DNA of 63,561 nucleotides, counting the filler, from Octopus bimaculoides (Eukaryota): NCBI RefSeq assembly GCF_001194135.2. It is 11 parts of 10 records of this genome, joined end to end, with 100 filler letters (N's around TTAATTAATTAA, not from the genome) between each part and the next. Parts side by side here need not be neighbours in the genome. Positions count along the whole stretch, not along the records: positions 23,593 to 30,125 come from NC_068982.1; positions 30,226 to 32,389 come from NC_068996.1; positions 32,490 to 46,095 come from NC_068993.1; 8 more parts are not named here. One strand, given 5' to 3'. This document shows, in pieces, positions 24,166-37,139 of the stretch. Under the pieces are notes generated by a model, which had not been told where the DNA came from, did not search any database, and saw only the letters and a program-made list of their open reading frames with translations. The translations under genes were made by a program, and so were the position numbers. How positions within the stretch are numbered: position 1 is the first letter of the stretch; each line of letters starts with the position of its first letter.

Positions 24166-24656
24166 TTTTAGATAATATTTTTATAAGTAAAAATGATCTC
24201 CTCAATATATATGTGTATATGATGGACTCTCCCGTCGTTAGACAACGCATGAGGGTTCGACAATTTCTTGCCGAACAACCACACAGATGATTTGTTTATA
24301 GTGGTCAAATATCTGTGTAGACATAAGCTCACTCCCTCCATCAGATCGACATTACCTGTACAAGTAATGTGTGTGGAGGTATATATACGTGCGTGTGTAT
24401 GTGTGTGTGTATGTGCGTGAGAGAGAGAGAGAGAGACGCATACAAACACATGAATAAAGCATTTTTGGTAGAGTGCAGAATAGTATATTGATAATAATGA
24501 TAATGGTAGTCAGAAGAAATGAAGGAATTGTTCTTTAGCATGTTTACATACAGCATTAGAAGTCCCCAAATTTGCCTAGAAAAGGCACACGCACAAACAT
24601 ACATTCACGTGCGCACTTATATATATAAGGTGACAATTTTGAAATATATAATTGGC

Positions 24657-25192
24657 AACGGAAGCAGCGTTAATACCAAAATGTAATCTTTATAGCCAGC
24701 TAAACATAGCTGTGTTGTTAGAACACCGAATACTGCTCTTTTAGTCTTGAGAGATTCTCTTATATAGGCTCTTGGTGCATAAAAGCACATACACAGATCG
24801 TAGCAGATGAAAATCGTTTGTCATGGGCGCTGGTACTCCCATATCCTGTGATCTCATTCTACTGGAATTCATCAGTTGGAGACGTCCAGTCACCGCATGC
24901 CAGTAAAATCTCGTTGCACGATATACAGAATATCAGCGTCTTTTCAGACGCTGATGACGCAGATAGCCAGCAGGCTTATTAAAAATTAATCATTAGTGAC
25001 GGAAGCAGTATTAGTACCAAAAGGTAATCTTTATATCCAGCTTAACATGGATGTGTTATTAGAACACTGAATACTGCATTATTAGCCTTGAGAGATCTTC
25101 TCATATAGGCGCTTGACGCATAAAAGCACACACATAGATCGCAGCAGACAGGAATCGTCTGTGATGGACACCGGAACTCCCATATCACGTGA

Positions 25193-25195
<3 letters not shown>
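24657..25195. repeat. Diverged direct repeat of about 195 bp (about 24657-24852 and 24998-25195), origin unknown
   Basis: acggaagcagcgttaataccaaaatgtaatc..actcccatatcctgtgat versus acggaagcagtattagtaccaaaaggtaatc..actcccatatcacgtgat. Confidence 0.85.
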
Positions 25196-25223
<28 letters not shown>

Positions 25224-26641
25224 CNNNNNNNNNNATACATACATACATACATACAGGCTTTAAATTTTGATGAAGAATAAGAAAAATAAAAGCGGTGTAT
25301 TCAATGTATGGTAATAGCGTAGAATATTGACATGAGAGAAATGGGGTGAAGATTGGGATATTCATTGTGTGTGTTCGTACATGTGTACGTATGTGTATGC
25401 GAATGCGTGTGTGTGTGTGCGTGTGTGTATTTGTGTTTGTGCGAGTTTGTGTGTGTGTACGTATGAGTATTGAGTGATTTTTATATACAAGTAATAGCAC
25501 GGATTATTTTAACGACTCAAAAAATTTATGTAAACAATCTCTATATTTCTAAGATTAATGACTGTTGATTCGTCACAGATATAACGAAGAACCAAGAAAA
25601 AGTCGCACTGTAAATTTTATGTTGAGTTATCTTTAGATAATGTCTATAAACAATTTCAGCATTTTACAATGAAATAATTTTAGTGGTTCGTAAATAATTG
25701 CATAAAAAGATATAAAACATTCTGTTTTNNNNNNNNNNNNNNNNNNNNNNNNNNNNNNNNNNNNNNNNNNNNNNNNNNNNNNNNNNNNNNNNNNNNNNNN
25801 NNNNNNNNNNNNNNNNNNNNNNNNNNNNNNNNNNNNNNNNNNNNNNNNNNNNNNNNNNNNNNNNNNNNNNNNNNNNNNNNNNNNNNNNNNNNNNNNNNNN
25901 NNNNNNNNNNNNNNNNNNNNNNNNNNNNNNNNNNNNNNNNNNNNNNNNNNNNNNNNNNNNNNNNNNNNNNNNNNNNNNNNNNNNNNNNNNNNNNNNNNNN
26001 NNNNNNNNNNNNNNNNNNNNNNNNNNNNNNNNNNNNNNNNNNNNNNNNNNNNNNNNNNNNNNNNNNNNNNNNNNNNNNNNNNNNNNNNNNNNNNNNNNNN
26101 NNNNNNNNNNNNNNNNNNNNNNNNNNNNNNNNNNNNNNNNNNNNNNNNNNNNNNNNNNNNNNNNNNNNNNNNNNNNNNNNNNNNNNNNNNNNNNNNNNNN
26201 NNNNNNNNNNNNNNNNNNNNNNNNNNNNNNNNNNNNNNNNNNNNNNNNNNNNNNNNNNNNNNNNNNNNNNNNNNNNNNNNNNNNNNNNNNNNNNNNNNNN
26301 NNNNNNNNNNNNNNNNNNNNNNNNNNNNNNNNNNNNNNNNNNNNNNNNNNNNNNNNNNNNNNNNNNNNNNNNNNNNNNNNNNNNNNNNNNNNNNNNNNNN
26401 NNNNNNNNNNNNNNNNNNNNNNNNNNNNNNNNNNNNNNNNNNNNNNNNNNNNNNNNNNNNNNNNNNNNNNNNNNNNNNNNNNNNNNNNNNNNNNNNNNNN
26501 NNNNNNNNNNNNNNNNNNNNNNNNNNNNNNNNNNNNNNNNNNNNNNNNNNNNNNNNNNNNNNNNNNNNNNNNNNNNNNNNNNNNNNNNNNNNNNNNNNNN
26601 NNNNNNNNNNNNNNNNNNNNNCAGAAACGTAGAATAATATA

Positions 26642-27402
26642 TTGGGTCATCTCATAAATAATGCAGCTTTTTTATACTTCTTTTATTTTTCAAAATTAAG
26701 GTAAATCTAAAATATACTTTTAGATTTTTTTAAATCTAAAATATACTTTCCTTCATTTTCTACAATGTTCTTCCATCTATCTGGTAGACTTGCAAGGCTC
26801 ATCTTCCAAAATTCATTTGTCCGTGATGAAAAATACTCTTCCAGTACTGTTCGACCTCGTCTACAAAATTCCCATTGACCCAATTTGTTGATTTTTCCAA
26901 TGACACGCAGGTGTCGATGAATGGTTGAATAACCAAATCCAAGCTTCTCTGTTAGTTCCTCAACAGTTACGATAGGGTTTTGTTCCACCAGGGTTTGCAG
27001 GACGTCCTCGTCGAGCTCTATAGATCTTCCAGGGCGAGACCAATCTTCTAGGCTGTAGTTTCCAGCTCGGAATTTCTGGAACCACCGTTGACACTGGCTT
27101 ACGCTTTTTGTCCGATCCCCGTGTACTGCATTAATATTCCTCGCACTTTCCGTTGTGCTGTTGCCTTTATTGAACTCATAAAGCAAAATATGCCGAATAC
27201 ACACCTTTGTCGCTTCCATTATAGCTTCGAAAAAATAACTGTTAAAATCGAACTGCACTCTTCAAAACTTACACTAAGAATAAATACAAGGTGAAATTAC
27301 TACCTGCTTTTATAACAATTTGACGCAGCAAGTTTGTCCCGTCCTCCTCCGACTTTTAGTTCATGCAATTGAAAAAACCGCATTATTTATGGGATGTCCC
27401 AA
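26642..27402 (-). mobile_element. Mariner element, internally deleted (761 bp), both TIRs and TA TSD intact
   Basis: TIRs TTGGGTCATCTCATAAATAATGCAGCTTTTT and TTGGGACATCCCATAAATAATGCGGTTTTTT; TA at 26640-41 and 27403-04. Confidence 0.93.
26707..27219 (-). CDS. Truncated mariner transposase: bipartite HTH DNA-binding domain fused to the extreme C-terminus, no DDD catalytic core
   Basis: MEATKVCIRHILLYEFNKG..QRWFQKFRAGNYSLED..RPGR..STIHRHL..IGKINKLGQW is joined to EEYFSSR..LPDRWKNIVENEGKYILD. Uninterrupted frame from the ATG at 27219. Confidence 0.7.
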   Translation of the reverse strand: MEATKVCIRHILLYEFNKGNSTTESARNINAVHGDRTKSVSQCQRWFQKFRAGNYSLEDWSRPGRSIELDEDVLQTLVEQNPIVTVEELTEKLGFGYSTIHRHLRVIGKINKLGQWEFCRRGRTVLEEYFSSRTNEFWKMSLASLPDRWKNIVENEGKYILDLKKSKSIF

Positions 27403-28017
27403 TACTATCTATATTGCTTAACAGATAAGATTCACAGTTTTAGTTATTAATATTTTATGATATGTACCAATAACGTATGGAATAGGCGAAGTAAATATCG
27501 TATGTAGTTTATATGGATTTTATAATTAGTCTAAATGACTTGCAAAAAGAAAGAAATTCAACGTTATACGAAATGGATAGATGGTTTCTAATTAATGAGA
27601 TCTGAATGAATTGCCGTTGTTACTAAGAACAATTTTTAGTGCGTAGAGCTGAAGTATAAATAAATTTAAAAGCGATAATTTATGACTGCGGATGATAAAA
27701 TTAAAACGAAAATCGAATAACGTACTAATAGTACAACAGGGCGAATGCCCTTATGCGAAAAACTTCACCCAGTCGCATGGGTAAAACCTTGAACAACGCT
27801 GCATAGGAATGTCTTCTTCGAATGAATATATACCGCAACTGAATCAACTAAATGCACGTAAATGCTACATCAAGGGACATTAGGACACTTATCCAGCAGA
27901 AACACGTGTCGGATTGGAATTTAATGGGAACAATACTGTAATAAACAAATTTTGAAGATATATAATTCTCCCTTCCTCTTTATTATGTCTTGGACACACA
28001 CACACACACACACACAC

Positions 28018-28048
<31 letters not shown>

Positions 28049-28107
28049 TGTGTGTATGTGTGTGTATGTGTGTGTGTGTATGTGTGTGTGTGTATGTGTG
28101 TGTGTGT

Positions 28108-28375
28108 GAGCGCATTGCCTAGTGGTCATGGTGTTGTACTCACGATCGCGAGATCGTGGTTTCAATTCCTAGGCCGAGTGGTGCACTGTGCTCTTGGGTA
28201 AAACACTTCAGCTCACGTTGCTCTGCAATCACTCCAACACCTGACGCATGGTACACTGTACACCTGTTCGGACAACGTTGATTTGATGGAGAGAATGAGC
28301 TAATGTGTGTGCCACGAATATTTGATCACTATAAACAAATAATTTGTGCAGGCCGTTCGGCAAGTTGAACGCTTC
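28108..28375 (+). mobile_element. SINE family D (tRNA-derived)
   Basis: gagcgcattgcctagtggtcatgg..gatcgtggtttcaattcctaggccg..cttgggtaaaacacttc..cgttgctctgcaatcact. Confidence 0.8.
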
Positions 28376-30075
28376 ATAGAAGGAAGTGGGTGATTTTCTG
28401 AATTTTATTTATTTATTTTCTTTTATGGAGTTTCCAAAATAAACAGATAATGACATGGTTAATCTATTTTGTTTTCATTGATTGGTTAAATTAGCAATGA
28501 TTTATTAAGATTTTGGTCTGGCATGGCTCATCAATGACATTGATAATTGTTACCTTGCATTTAAAATAAAAAAGATCAATATATTTGTATTAGCTCTGTT
28601 CGAAATTATAATGTTATTTGTCATCATGCATAATTATAGTGCTCAGAAAATTTCACGGTAAAAATTAACTGATTTCTTTAACTGCTATAAATAGCATCAT
28701 TTTGAAGAAAAAGAATATATGACATTATCGAAGTATATTGCTCGTTATCAAATTTTATTTCACTCTTCCGCCATCAATCTGTTTAGTCTTTTATTACTAC
28801 ACTCGGTTACAAATAGCAATATTATTTTGGACAGAGTTAATATAAATAAATTTATCGAACTGGGACCGCGAGAACAATGGAGCTGCTTTTATCAGCATGG
28901 ACGAAATAGGTGTCGAATATCCTGAGGATCACTCAGACTTTTTCGTTTTTCTTCTTTTTCTTTTGCNNNNNNNNNNNNNNNNNNNNNNNNNNNNNNNNNN
29001 NNNNNNNNNNNNNNNNNNNNNNNNNNNNNNNNNNNNNNNNNNNNNNNNNNNNNNNNNNNNNNNNNNNNNNNNNNNNNNNNNNNNNNNNNNNNNNNNNNNN
29101 NNNNNNNNNNNNNNNNNNNNNNNNNNNNNNNNNNNNNNNNNNNNNNNNNNNNNNNNNNNNNNNNNNNNNNNNNNNNNNNNNNNNNNNNNNNNNNNNNNNN
29201 NNNNNNNNNNNNNNNNNNNNNNNNNNNNNNNNNNNNNNNNNNNNNNNNNNNNNNNNNNNNNNNNNNNNNNNNNNNNNNNNNNNNNNNNNNNNNNNNNNNN
29301 NNNNNNNNNNNNNNNNNNNNNNNNNNNNNNNNNNNNNNNNNNNNNNNNNNNNNNNNNNNNNNNNNNNNNNNNNNNNNNNNNNNNNNNNNNNNNNNNNNNN
29401 NNNNNNNNNNNNNNNNNNNNNNNNNNNNNNNNNNNNNNNNNNNNNNNNNNNNNNNNNNNNNNNNNNNNNNNNNNNNNNNNNNNNNNNNNNNNNGAGAGGG
29501 CAGAGGAGGGAGAGAAAGAAAGAGAAAGAGAGAGAAAAAAGAGAGAGACAGGGAGAGAGGGAGGGAGGACAGGGGAGGGAGAGAGGGCAGAGGAAGGAGT
29601 GAAAGAAAGAGAAAGAGAGAGAAAAAAGAGAGAGAGAGAGAAAAGAGAGAGAGAGGAAGAGAGGACAGAGGAGAGAGAGAAAGAAAGAGAAGCAGAGAGA
29701 AACAGAGAGAGGGAGAGTACATGTTCGACAGCAGACTGAGGAGAGATATCACCACGAAGAGTGTCGAAACACACCTATCGCTCATCGGGTAATCGTTCTC
29801 AAGATTACACATAGTGTTTCTGAACAAATTTGTTGAAATAACAATTATACAGTAAACATTTATACTGAATATGATTATATAGTGTCCTTGCATGTTCCAT
29901 GAGAATAGGAAACAAGTCAGCAAATACTTAATGACCACTAGATAGTCTATACCAATTAGCGTCTAACGTAATCCAATATCACGCTGAAATTCTTTATGAC
30001 TTAGAGAGACTCCAGCATATAATTCGTAATTGATTAACACTATTATATATCACATATATTATACATTTTCTCTCA

Positions 30076-30125
<50 letters not shown>

Positions 30126-30225
30126 NNNNNNNNNNNNNNNNNNNNNNNNNNNNNNNNNNNNNNNNNNNNTTAATTAATTAANNNNNNNNNNNNNNNNNNN
30201 NNNNNNNNNNNNNNNNNNNNNNNNN

Positions 30226-30340
30226 TGGGCCTCAACATAACCAACGAAGAGGTTCGCGTAGTTGGGGCCCATTCTCGTCCCCATGGCCACTCCCGAGGTT
30301 TGCTGGTAGATATCTCCCGCGAACGAGAAGCAGTTGAGAG
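30226..30340 (-). mobile_element. PLE reverse transcriptase core fragment
   Basis: Reads LNCFSFAGDIYQQTSGVAMGTRMGPNYANLFVGYVEA, the Q..GxAMG..P.yAnlF motif diagnostic of PLE RT. Cut by the assembly linker. Confidence 0.9.
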
Positions 30341-31184
30341 ATATATATAAAATTTAGATTTGAGGTGAATATGGTACTTAAGTTTAGGCACCAGAATTAA
30401 GTATGGTATTATCCATACAATTCCAAAATAAGGTGATTAAAATCAAAATAAGCAACAAGGATATCCAAAGTTAATGCATTGCGATCATTTCATGCGACTC
30501 CATTTATTTAAGCAATGTGAACATTACATCAAATGTAAAATGCAGAGCGATCTTCAGCTGCACAAATGTAATTTAATGAAATTACATTTAAACAAGAGAA
30601 CATATTTTTATAACTACATTTAAACTCTCCAAGTAGAAAGGGAGAATACAAAAAAAACATTTTGACTTAGCCAGACCATACAGGCTAGTAAATAATTCTA
30701 AGCAGATTTTTTAACTGTCACTGATTTTATTTATCTTATCAGACCTAGTGATTCAAAGCTTAAGAGGGCACCAGCCTTTTCCTTATAGGGAAAGGGGTAA
30801 ACAATATACATGGATATGGTTATAAAGATTCTTTTGGTTTTAGTAACAAACTACTATAGGTTGGGGGGTTTTCTCTACTAGCAGACCAGTTTATAATGGA
30901 GTAGGGGAAGTTTAACATAAGGCACCAAGGTCAAAAGTATATAAAATAAAGTTACTATATTGTGTAGAGGTATAGTAAATGGCTATTCATAGTTTTTATT
31001 AAACAGAATAATGTATCAGTATTGTTTTACATATGCTAAGTTTGAAAATTTGAGATACCAATATTTGTTTAATTAGTATGTGAATAAATAAAAGCTAATT
31101 ATAAATTAATAAATTAATGATGAAATAAGAAATAAAAAGAAATAGTGTATAGTAATATAACTAATCAATACATTCAGTATGCAA

Positions 31185-31652
31185 AAACCATGAAGTATTA
31201 TTAATTTAAAATGCTCTGGTAAAGTACATTTAGACTTATGTGTGTGTGTATATGTTTGTGTTTGTCCCCAACATAGCTTAACAACCGATGCCGGTGTGTT
31301 TACGTCCCCGTAACTTAACGGCTTGGCAAAAGAGACCAATAGAATAAGTCCTGAGGTCGATTTGCTCGACTAAAAGGTGGTGCTCCAGTATGGCCACAGT
31401 CAAATGACTGAAACAAGTAAAAGAGTAAATGAAAAAAAAGAGAGTAGTTATAAAATAAATTTTATTTCTTATGTGTCCTTTAAATAATATTAGATATATA
31501 AGTTTAATTTTAATTCTTAAAATAATTTTTAGTCCAATATATATATAAAAAAAATTTTCATTTTACATCTTATCTATGGTTCTTTATATTGGTGTAAATA
31601 AGTCTAAATGTACTTTACCAGAGCATTTTAAATTAATAATACTTCATGGTTT
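31185..31652. repeat. Perfect 55-bp inverted repeat (31185-31239 / 31598-31652)
   Basis: aaaccatgaagtattattaatttaaaatgctctggtaaagtacatttagacttat and its exact reverse complement. Confidence 0.95.
31254..31428 (+). mobile_element. SINE family A, 3' half (its 17-bp head lies inverted at 31653-31669)
   Basis: tgtttgtccccaacatagc..gtttacgtccccgtaac..ggccacagtcaaatgactgaaacaagtaaaagagt. Confidence 0.88.
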
Positions 31653-32609
31653 ACCACACAGCCACTCCTACTGTAAAGAATTGATACATTGGATTTACAT
31701 TGTATATAATGATGGACTCATCAAGGTTTAAGAAACGGATAAAATTAATGGTTGGAATTAACATAGAATATAATGGTGAACTAAACAACTAATAGAGAAC
31801 ATGATAATTATGTACTAATTCAATTAGATTGCACTATCTTAAATAATCAGGAACTTGTGTTAACTAACATGGGCTAAGTACAAAATAATAATGGAACAAG
31901 GATTAGATTTATTAAAGTCACCCATAAAATAACAGTAATAATACTACCACAAACAATGGAATAACATGAATCCTTTAGGGTTAGGCATTAAATAAAATTT
32001 TTAAAGGTATGAAAACTATTAAAAACTATTAAGAAATTTCAAAACATCCTATTCTTTTAAGTTAAATAAAGTAAAGTAAGATACACACTAAACAAACAGC
32101 AATAGCAAATGTGATATGGAAAAAATTTAAGTAAAACCATATGCCATCCATGGATAAAGTTGAAATTTTAGTTTTCACAGGAAGATTATACATTAAAGTG
32201 AGAGATCAAAAATATGCTATAAAAGTTCAATTTCAATTTAAATATGTACTAATTATAACCTAAGATAAACATGGTAAATGTTAAAATACCACACTATTTA
32301 AGTTTGCTACTTTTAAAAATATTTAAAAGTGCGAGTGGAACAGTGTACACACAATACTCTAAGGTCTAATCTGCTATTAATCTGGTTAGNNNNNNNNNNN
32401 NNNNNNNNNNNNNNNNNNNNNNNNNNNNNNNNNTTAATTAATTAANNNNNNNNNNNNNNNNNNNNNNNNNNNNNNNNNNNNNNNNNNNNATATATATATA
32501 TATATATATGTTGCTCCCTGTAGTGACTTATATTTTGGCGTACCGAAATATAACAATTCTTTAATGGCAAACATATAAGTTGCTGCTTTTTTTGTTTAAT
32601 GTTGATCGT

Positions 32610-32760
32610 GTACAAATAGCAGCGAATTGGTTGAGTCGTTAAACCATCGGACAAAATGCCTTTGTATTTGTTACATGGATCTACGCTTCAAGTTCAAATT
32701 TCCCTGGGCTCAAATTTACATTTCATCTTTTCGGGGTTGAGACAATATACTGGTCTACGA
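32610..32760 (+). mobile_element. SINE family B, diverged
   Basis: gcagcgaattggttgagtcgttaaaccatcggacaaaatgc..agttcaaatttcc..tttcatcttttcggggt. Confidence 0.7.
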
Positions 32761-32918
32761 GGATGGATTAAAGGAACTGTAGGATCATAAGTTTGGTTTC
32801 CTTGCAATATGTATTCCGGATCTATGCGATGTGAGTTTAGATCAGCTTGACTTAATTAGACATCCGATTTAATACCACTTCATTGTACTTTTAGCGGGGT
32901 TCAGTCTCTTGTAAGCAT

Positions 32919-33000
32919 TCAGGTTAGGTTTTTGACTTGAGGATACTTTTCTTCTTCTTTCCCTTCATATTCGGAAGTGTCATGAGCACTACGTTCCCCT
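32919..33000 (-). CDS. Candidate terminal coding exon of an unrecognised gene
   Basis: Acceptor catttttcag. The phase-2 frame GERSAHDTSEYEGKEEEKYPQVKNLT* is compatible with the exon at 34765-34819. Confidence 0.25.
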
Positions 33001-34378
33001 CTGAAAAATGCCAACAATCAAATATACTGCAGACGACCAAATGCGTTGCAGACAAGATAACACTGTTTTTATGCATAAACAGGGACTAATCATCAAACAT
33101 ATTATCATTTAAAATGGTTGAGTATGATTTAAAGGACATTTGGCTTCCATTTCTAGAATGCTGTTTAACCACGGATGCTACCCACACAGTTGGCTTTTAA
33201 TACAGTTAGCTTATTACACTTGTGATACTGCTAGATTATAAGTAATAAAACTCCTTATTTTTTTGTTTAAAATTATTTCAAAGTATAGAGCAATGGCTTG
33301 GAAGACTTATTAGAGCATCGAAAGAAGTGTTTTGCAGCATTCGTTTCGGGTCTGAAACTACCACTTTTACGCCTAAATCAGAAACAGACATTAAAAAATT
33401 ACATCGAAACATGCGCAAAAGTTCCAAGGGACACGAAGAGTATTTGACTAATAGTAGTGAATGATTGGGCAATATGCTAAAAAGATTTTAAAATTTCATT
33501 TTGGATATAAATCGTGTAAACACGCACCCGTTCAAAGAATCTGAAATTGTTTCACGGTGTTTTAGTATGGAAATAAAGAGCAGAAACGTTACAATTTTTC
33601 AATGGCTTCAAGAATACTGCGGAGAAGATATCGCCAGAAACTAGTGTTAAATTGAATGCTTGCTTATAAGTGGATTTCAGTAATGAGTCTACAGGGCAAA
33701 AGATTGGTGTTAATCCGGATGACAGATAGACTCAATCACCCAAAATGGTGCATGGTAATGAGTCGAACCCAAGCTACACTTATAGAATAATTATGTTTAA
33801 CAAATGAGACTCATCATTTGAGCTTGTCTCGGTATGTATGGAATATATACTAAGTACATTAGTTAATCATAAATTTAGTAAAAAAAAAGCAAAAAAAAAC
33901 AAAACTAAACAAAAGACATATTTATGATATCTTATGTAGACAAAATGCCACATATTTTAAGAGATGAGAATGCGATTTTGTGACCTTCATACCCTTTTCA
34001 AAGGCATTAAAGTTATAATCCGAGAATCGATTTTACACGCCAGAAGCTTATGTCCTCTACACTCCGTTGCACATTACATCGATCACACGAAACCTTTGTG
34101 TTCGTCCATATATTTTGTGTGATAGTTTCAACAAAGTATAAAAATATGCACCAGATGATATTTGATAGTGTTACATGAATCACTCGAGTGATAGCTTACA
34201 GAGTATATCAGTGTTTGTCTGGTGATAGAATTACATATCGGGAAGGTAGTTACTAGTTCATGGAATATACATACACATACATATATATATTCATGTGTAT
34301 ATGTGTGAATGAGAGTATGTATCTATCTATATATATGTGTGTGTGTGTGTGTGTTTGTGTGTGTGTGTNNNNNNNNNN

Positions 34379-34411
<33 letters not shown>

Positions 34412-34764
34412 CATGTATATACATGTGTGTGAGTGGGTGTGTGCGTGTGTGTGTGTGTGTGTGTAGTGTTTTGGAAGTGTACTAAATTTTTAATTTAAAT
34501 CTCTTTGGTGGATACAAACGAATAAAAAACATAAATTCTGCTTTATTGAACATAAACCTCCCCTTGTTAAAGTTTTGCGGAGCAAATCAAGAATATTTTT
34601 CATCGGTAAAATAAGTTATTTTTTATTATATAAATATATGAATTATGAGATCGATGGACAAACTATTCTTATTGGCATTAATACCCCAAATCTGTATTAC
34701 AAAAATGTATGTTATTATACCAGAATTCAGTTTCCAATGTTGATAAATGTCTCATAATTCTCAC

Positions 34765-34819
34765 CTTCGAGCAGAATTTGAATAATTCAAAGAAGACTGG
34801 TATTCGTTAGGTACATTTC
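34765..34819 (-). CDS. Candidate internal exon (55 nt)
   Basis: Acceptor ctaatttcaag and donor AG|GTGAGA. The only open frame is NVPNEYQSSLNYSNSAR (phase 1 to 2). Confidence 0.25.
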
Positions 34820-35689
34820 CTTGAAATTAGGTCATCGACTTAACATCTAACAGGACTCAATACGCAATTATGAAGATATCTTTGAGAGTACTGTAGCCTG
34901 ACTAGAAGCCCAGTACTTTGATGCTACTAAAGATCCAGCACTAAATTAGTGCTCCAATGCTATGCCGAGAAATCATATACCACATGCCTTTGATTCTGCG
35001 CATGTCTGCTGCGATTTTCAAGAAATATAATAATGTTATTTTGAAGTCATTATTACGCCATTATAGTCTGTTTCTTTTGGTTCCTTCACTGACTGGAGTA
35101 GCAAAGAAGAATGGGGGAATAAATTCCACCATTGACGCTCAAGAACAGACCACTATTTCGTTATAAAAAGCTGACCGGTTCTTCGCTGCTATTGAGATGC
35201 AAGCTGAGACTTGATCGACTGTAGCTGAATCAACTGGGCGAGGGTTTCTAATGTTGAAAGACTCAAAATTAATCTAAGACTACAGAAAAGCATATCAAAG
35301 CTTCTGTGAGCTGTATTTTGGAACCTCTGTTATTTTAACCAATCAACGTACCTAATATTTCTGAACAAAATGTCAATTGAATCACAGAAAGCTTTAGTGC
35401 TCTGGAGTAAATGTTTTTTGATTCCAGTTCAATACCTTTATATTCTGATTTCAAATTTCACCAAGGAAGGTAACCATCTTTTCTGTCTGCTAAGATTTAA
35501 ATCATATTATTATTATTTTTTAGTCGAAAGTCAGCACTGATGAGGCTTTACAGGTCACCGATATTGAGAACAGTGTAGGCGGAAGATATCCTCAAACCAG
35601 AAACTTGGCCCTGATACTCACAACAAAGTGGATGCCACTTAAACTACCAAAAGTAGCAGATGAAGGATTAAGTCTACCACCCAGGTAGA

Positions 35690-35930
35690 ACATACTGGTA
35701 TTTGAACTCGTGATGCAGAAGCCAAAACAAATACCGCAAGACATCGAGTCAAACTTTCAATGATACTGTTCTGGATAGTTTCTTATTTTCATCGACTGCG
35801 AAATGATGAAGGACAAAGTAGTTGACCCCGGTGAAATTTGAACTCAAAGTGCAAAGAATCACCGATATATACCGCGAGGCATTCCGTCCAACACTCACCC
35901 GACTCTGCTAATCCCCTACCGTGATTACTA
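35690..35930 (-). mobile_element. Family-B SINE remnants
   Basis: atttgaactcgtgatgcag.. and gttgaccccggtgaaatttgaactcaaag..ataccgcgaggcattccgtcc. Confidence 0.6.
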
Positions 35931-37139
35931 ATCAACTACTGATATACCGAATTGATTCAATAAACCTAAGCGCGTACTACAATCATGCCAATATACAGAA
36001 TCAATAATTTCGATTTGGTCCCAGAAATATTTTCATTTCTATTACAAATGTAATCATGTGGCGACAATTTCAAGGAAAAAAATAACAGCAGAAAGAATCT
36101 TCAAAAATAAAATCAGAAACAGAGATTGAATTCTTATCGGAGACATTAGTGTCTGTTTTATCGATGAGCTTAATTTGGAGTTAATATGTTGGCAGTCCTT
36201 CATTTTGGTGATATTTGTTTAGGTCTGTGATGTTTCAGCTATAATTTTCCGAGGCAAAACAAATAAAGTGGTTCTGACCTATGTTGTTAAGCTTATTGAT
36301 TATAACTCCCATTAGAATGTATAGGAAATATTAGTTGATAGCTTATTACTAACGGTCGGAGCATAATGGCTTTGAGATTGGCACTGTACTGTCACTAAAT
36401 ATATACACACAGACATACACACAAACCCCCTCCCGGACACAGACACACTGACATACACGCACACATACACACACTCATATGTGTGTTTGTTTGAATGTGA
36501 AGTAGAACATCTGCCAAATGTGACTAACATAGAGAAAGAAAACACACACAACACATAGGCATAGAGGAAGAACACAAAAGGGGACTCATACATACAGATG
36601 CACATCTCTGTTACCGATCGTGAAAAAGGTCTGTTTCTTTCTCATTGCCAGAGGATAAATTTATTACCTTTTACTCAATATTAATTTTGTGTGAAAGAGC
36701 GTGCTTTAGGGTATTTTGTTTCAATGATTCTATGTACTAATTCTGATATAAACATATCGCAAACAAACGTGAAGTGAAAAGATCCGATATGCAATTACCA
36801 GAGAATAGAGTCTTGGTGAAATCCCTAGAAAAAAGGAATTGTATAACCTTGTCGATGTCTCCATTGTCAATATATCATCGATGTCCATAGCCCCTGTATA
36901 GCACATGTTCAAAATCCATCTGCACAAGCATAGTGGTTTATACAGTGAAAACACTGCTGTACTTCGCAAGTATTTTTGGCAATTAAGACACAAATGTGAT
37001 ATTTACTGTTTTAAGAATTAATCGGAATTCTCTCAGCTAGGTTTTGCATCAATTACCATACTTCTACATTGCTAAGGGTGGAAAAAGACGTGAACTAATT
37101 TAGAACAATTGGGGTATCACTAACTTCTTTCACAAGAAC

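Larger units (their letters stand above)
30345..32385 (-). mobile_element. Very decayed APE-type (CR1/L2-like) LINE, interrupted by a SINE and an inversion
   Basis: Remnant motifs in the expected order on the minus strand: MGDFN (about 31920), an SPGPD-like remnant (about 30745) and AYFDF..KLKY (about 30440-30380), the last two about 310 bp apart. Confidence 0.4.

Noticed and set aside
30345-32385. Possible NUMT (very AT-rich, LIILHGFC resembling ND4)
   Set aside because: No continuous mitochondrial ORF or tRNA could be traced; remnant LINE motifs in the right order and spacing fit better.
36730-36993. 87-aa ORF with DIDDIL resembling an RT catalytic motif
   Set aside because: No flanking RT motifs at the correct spacing; cannot be supported.
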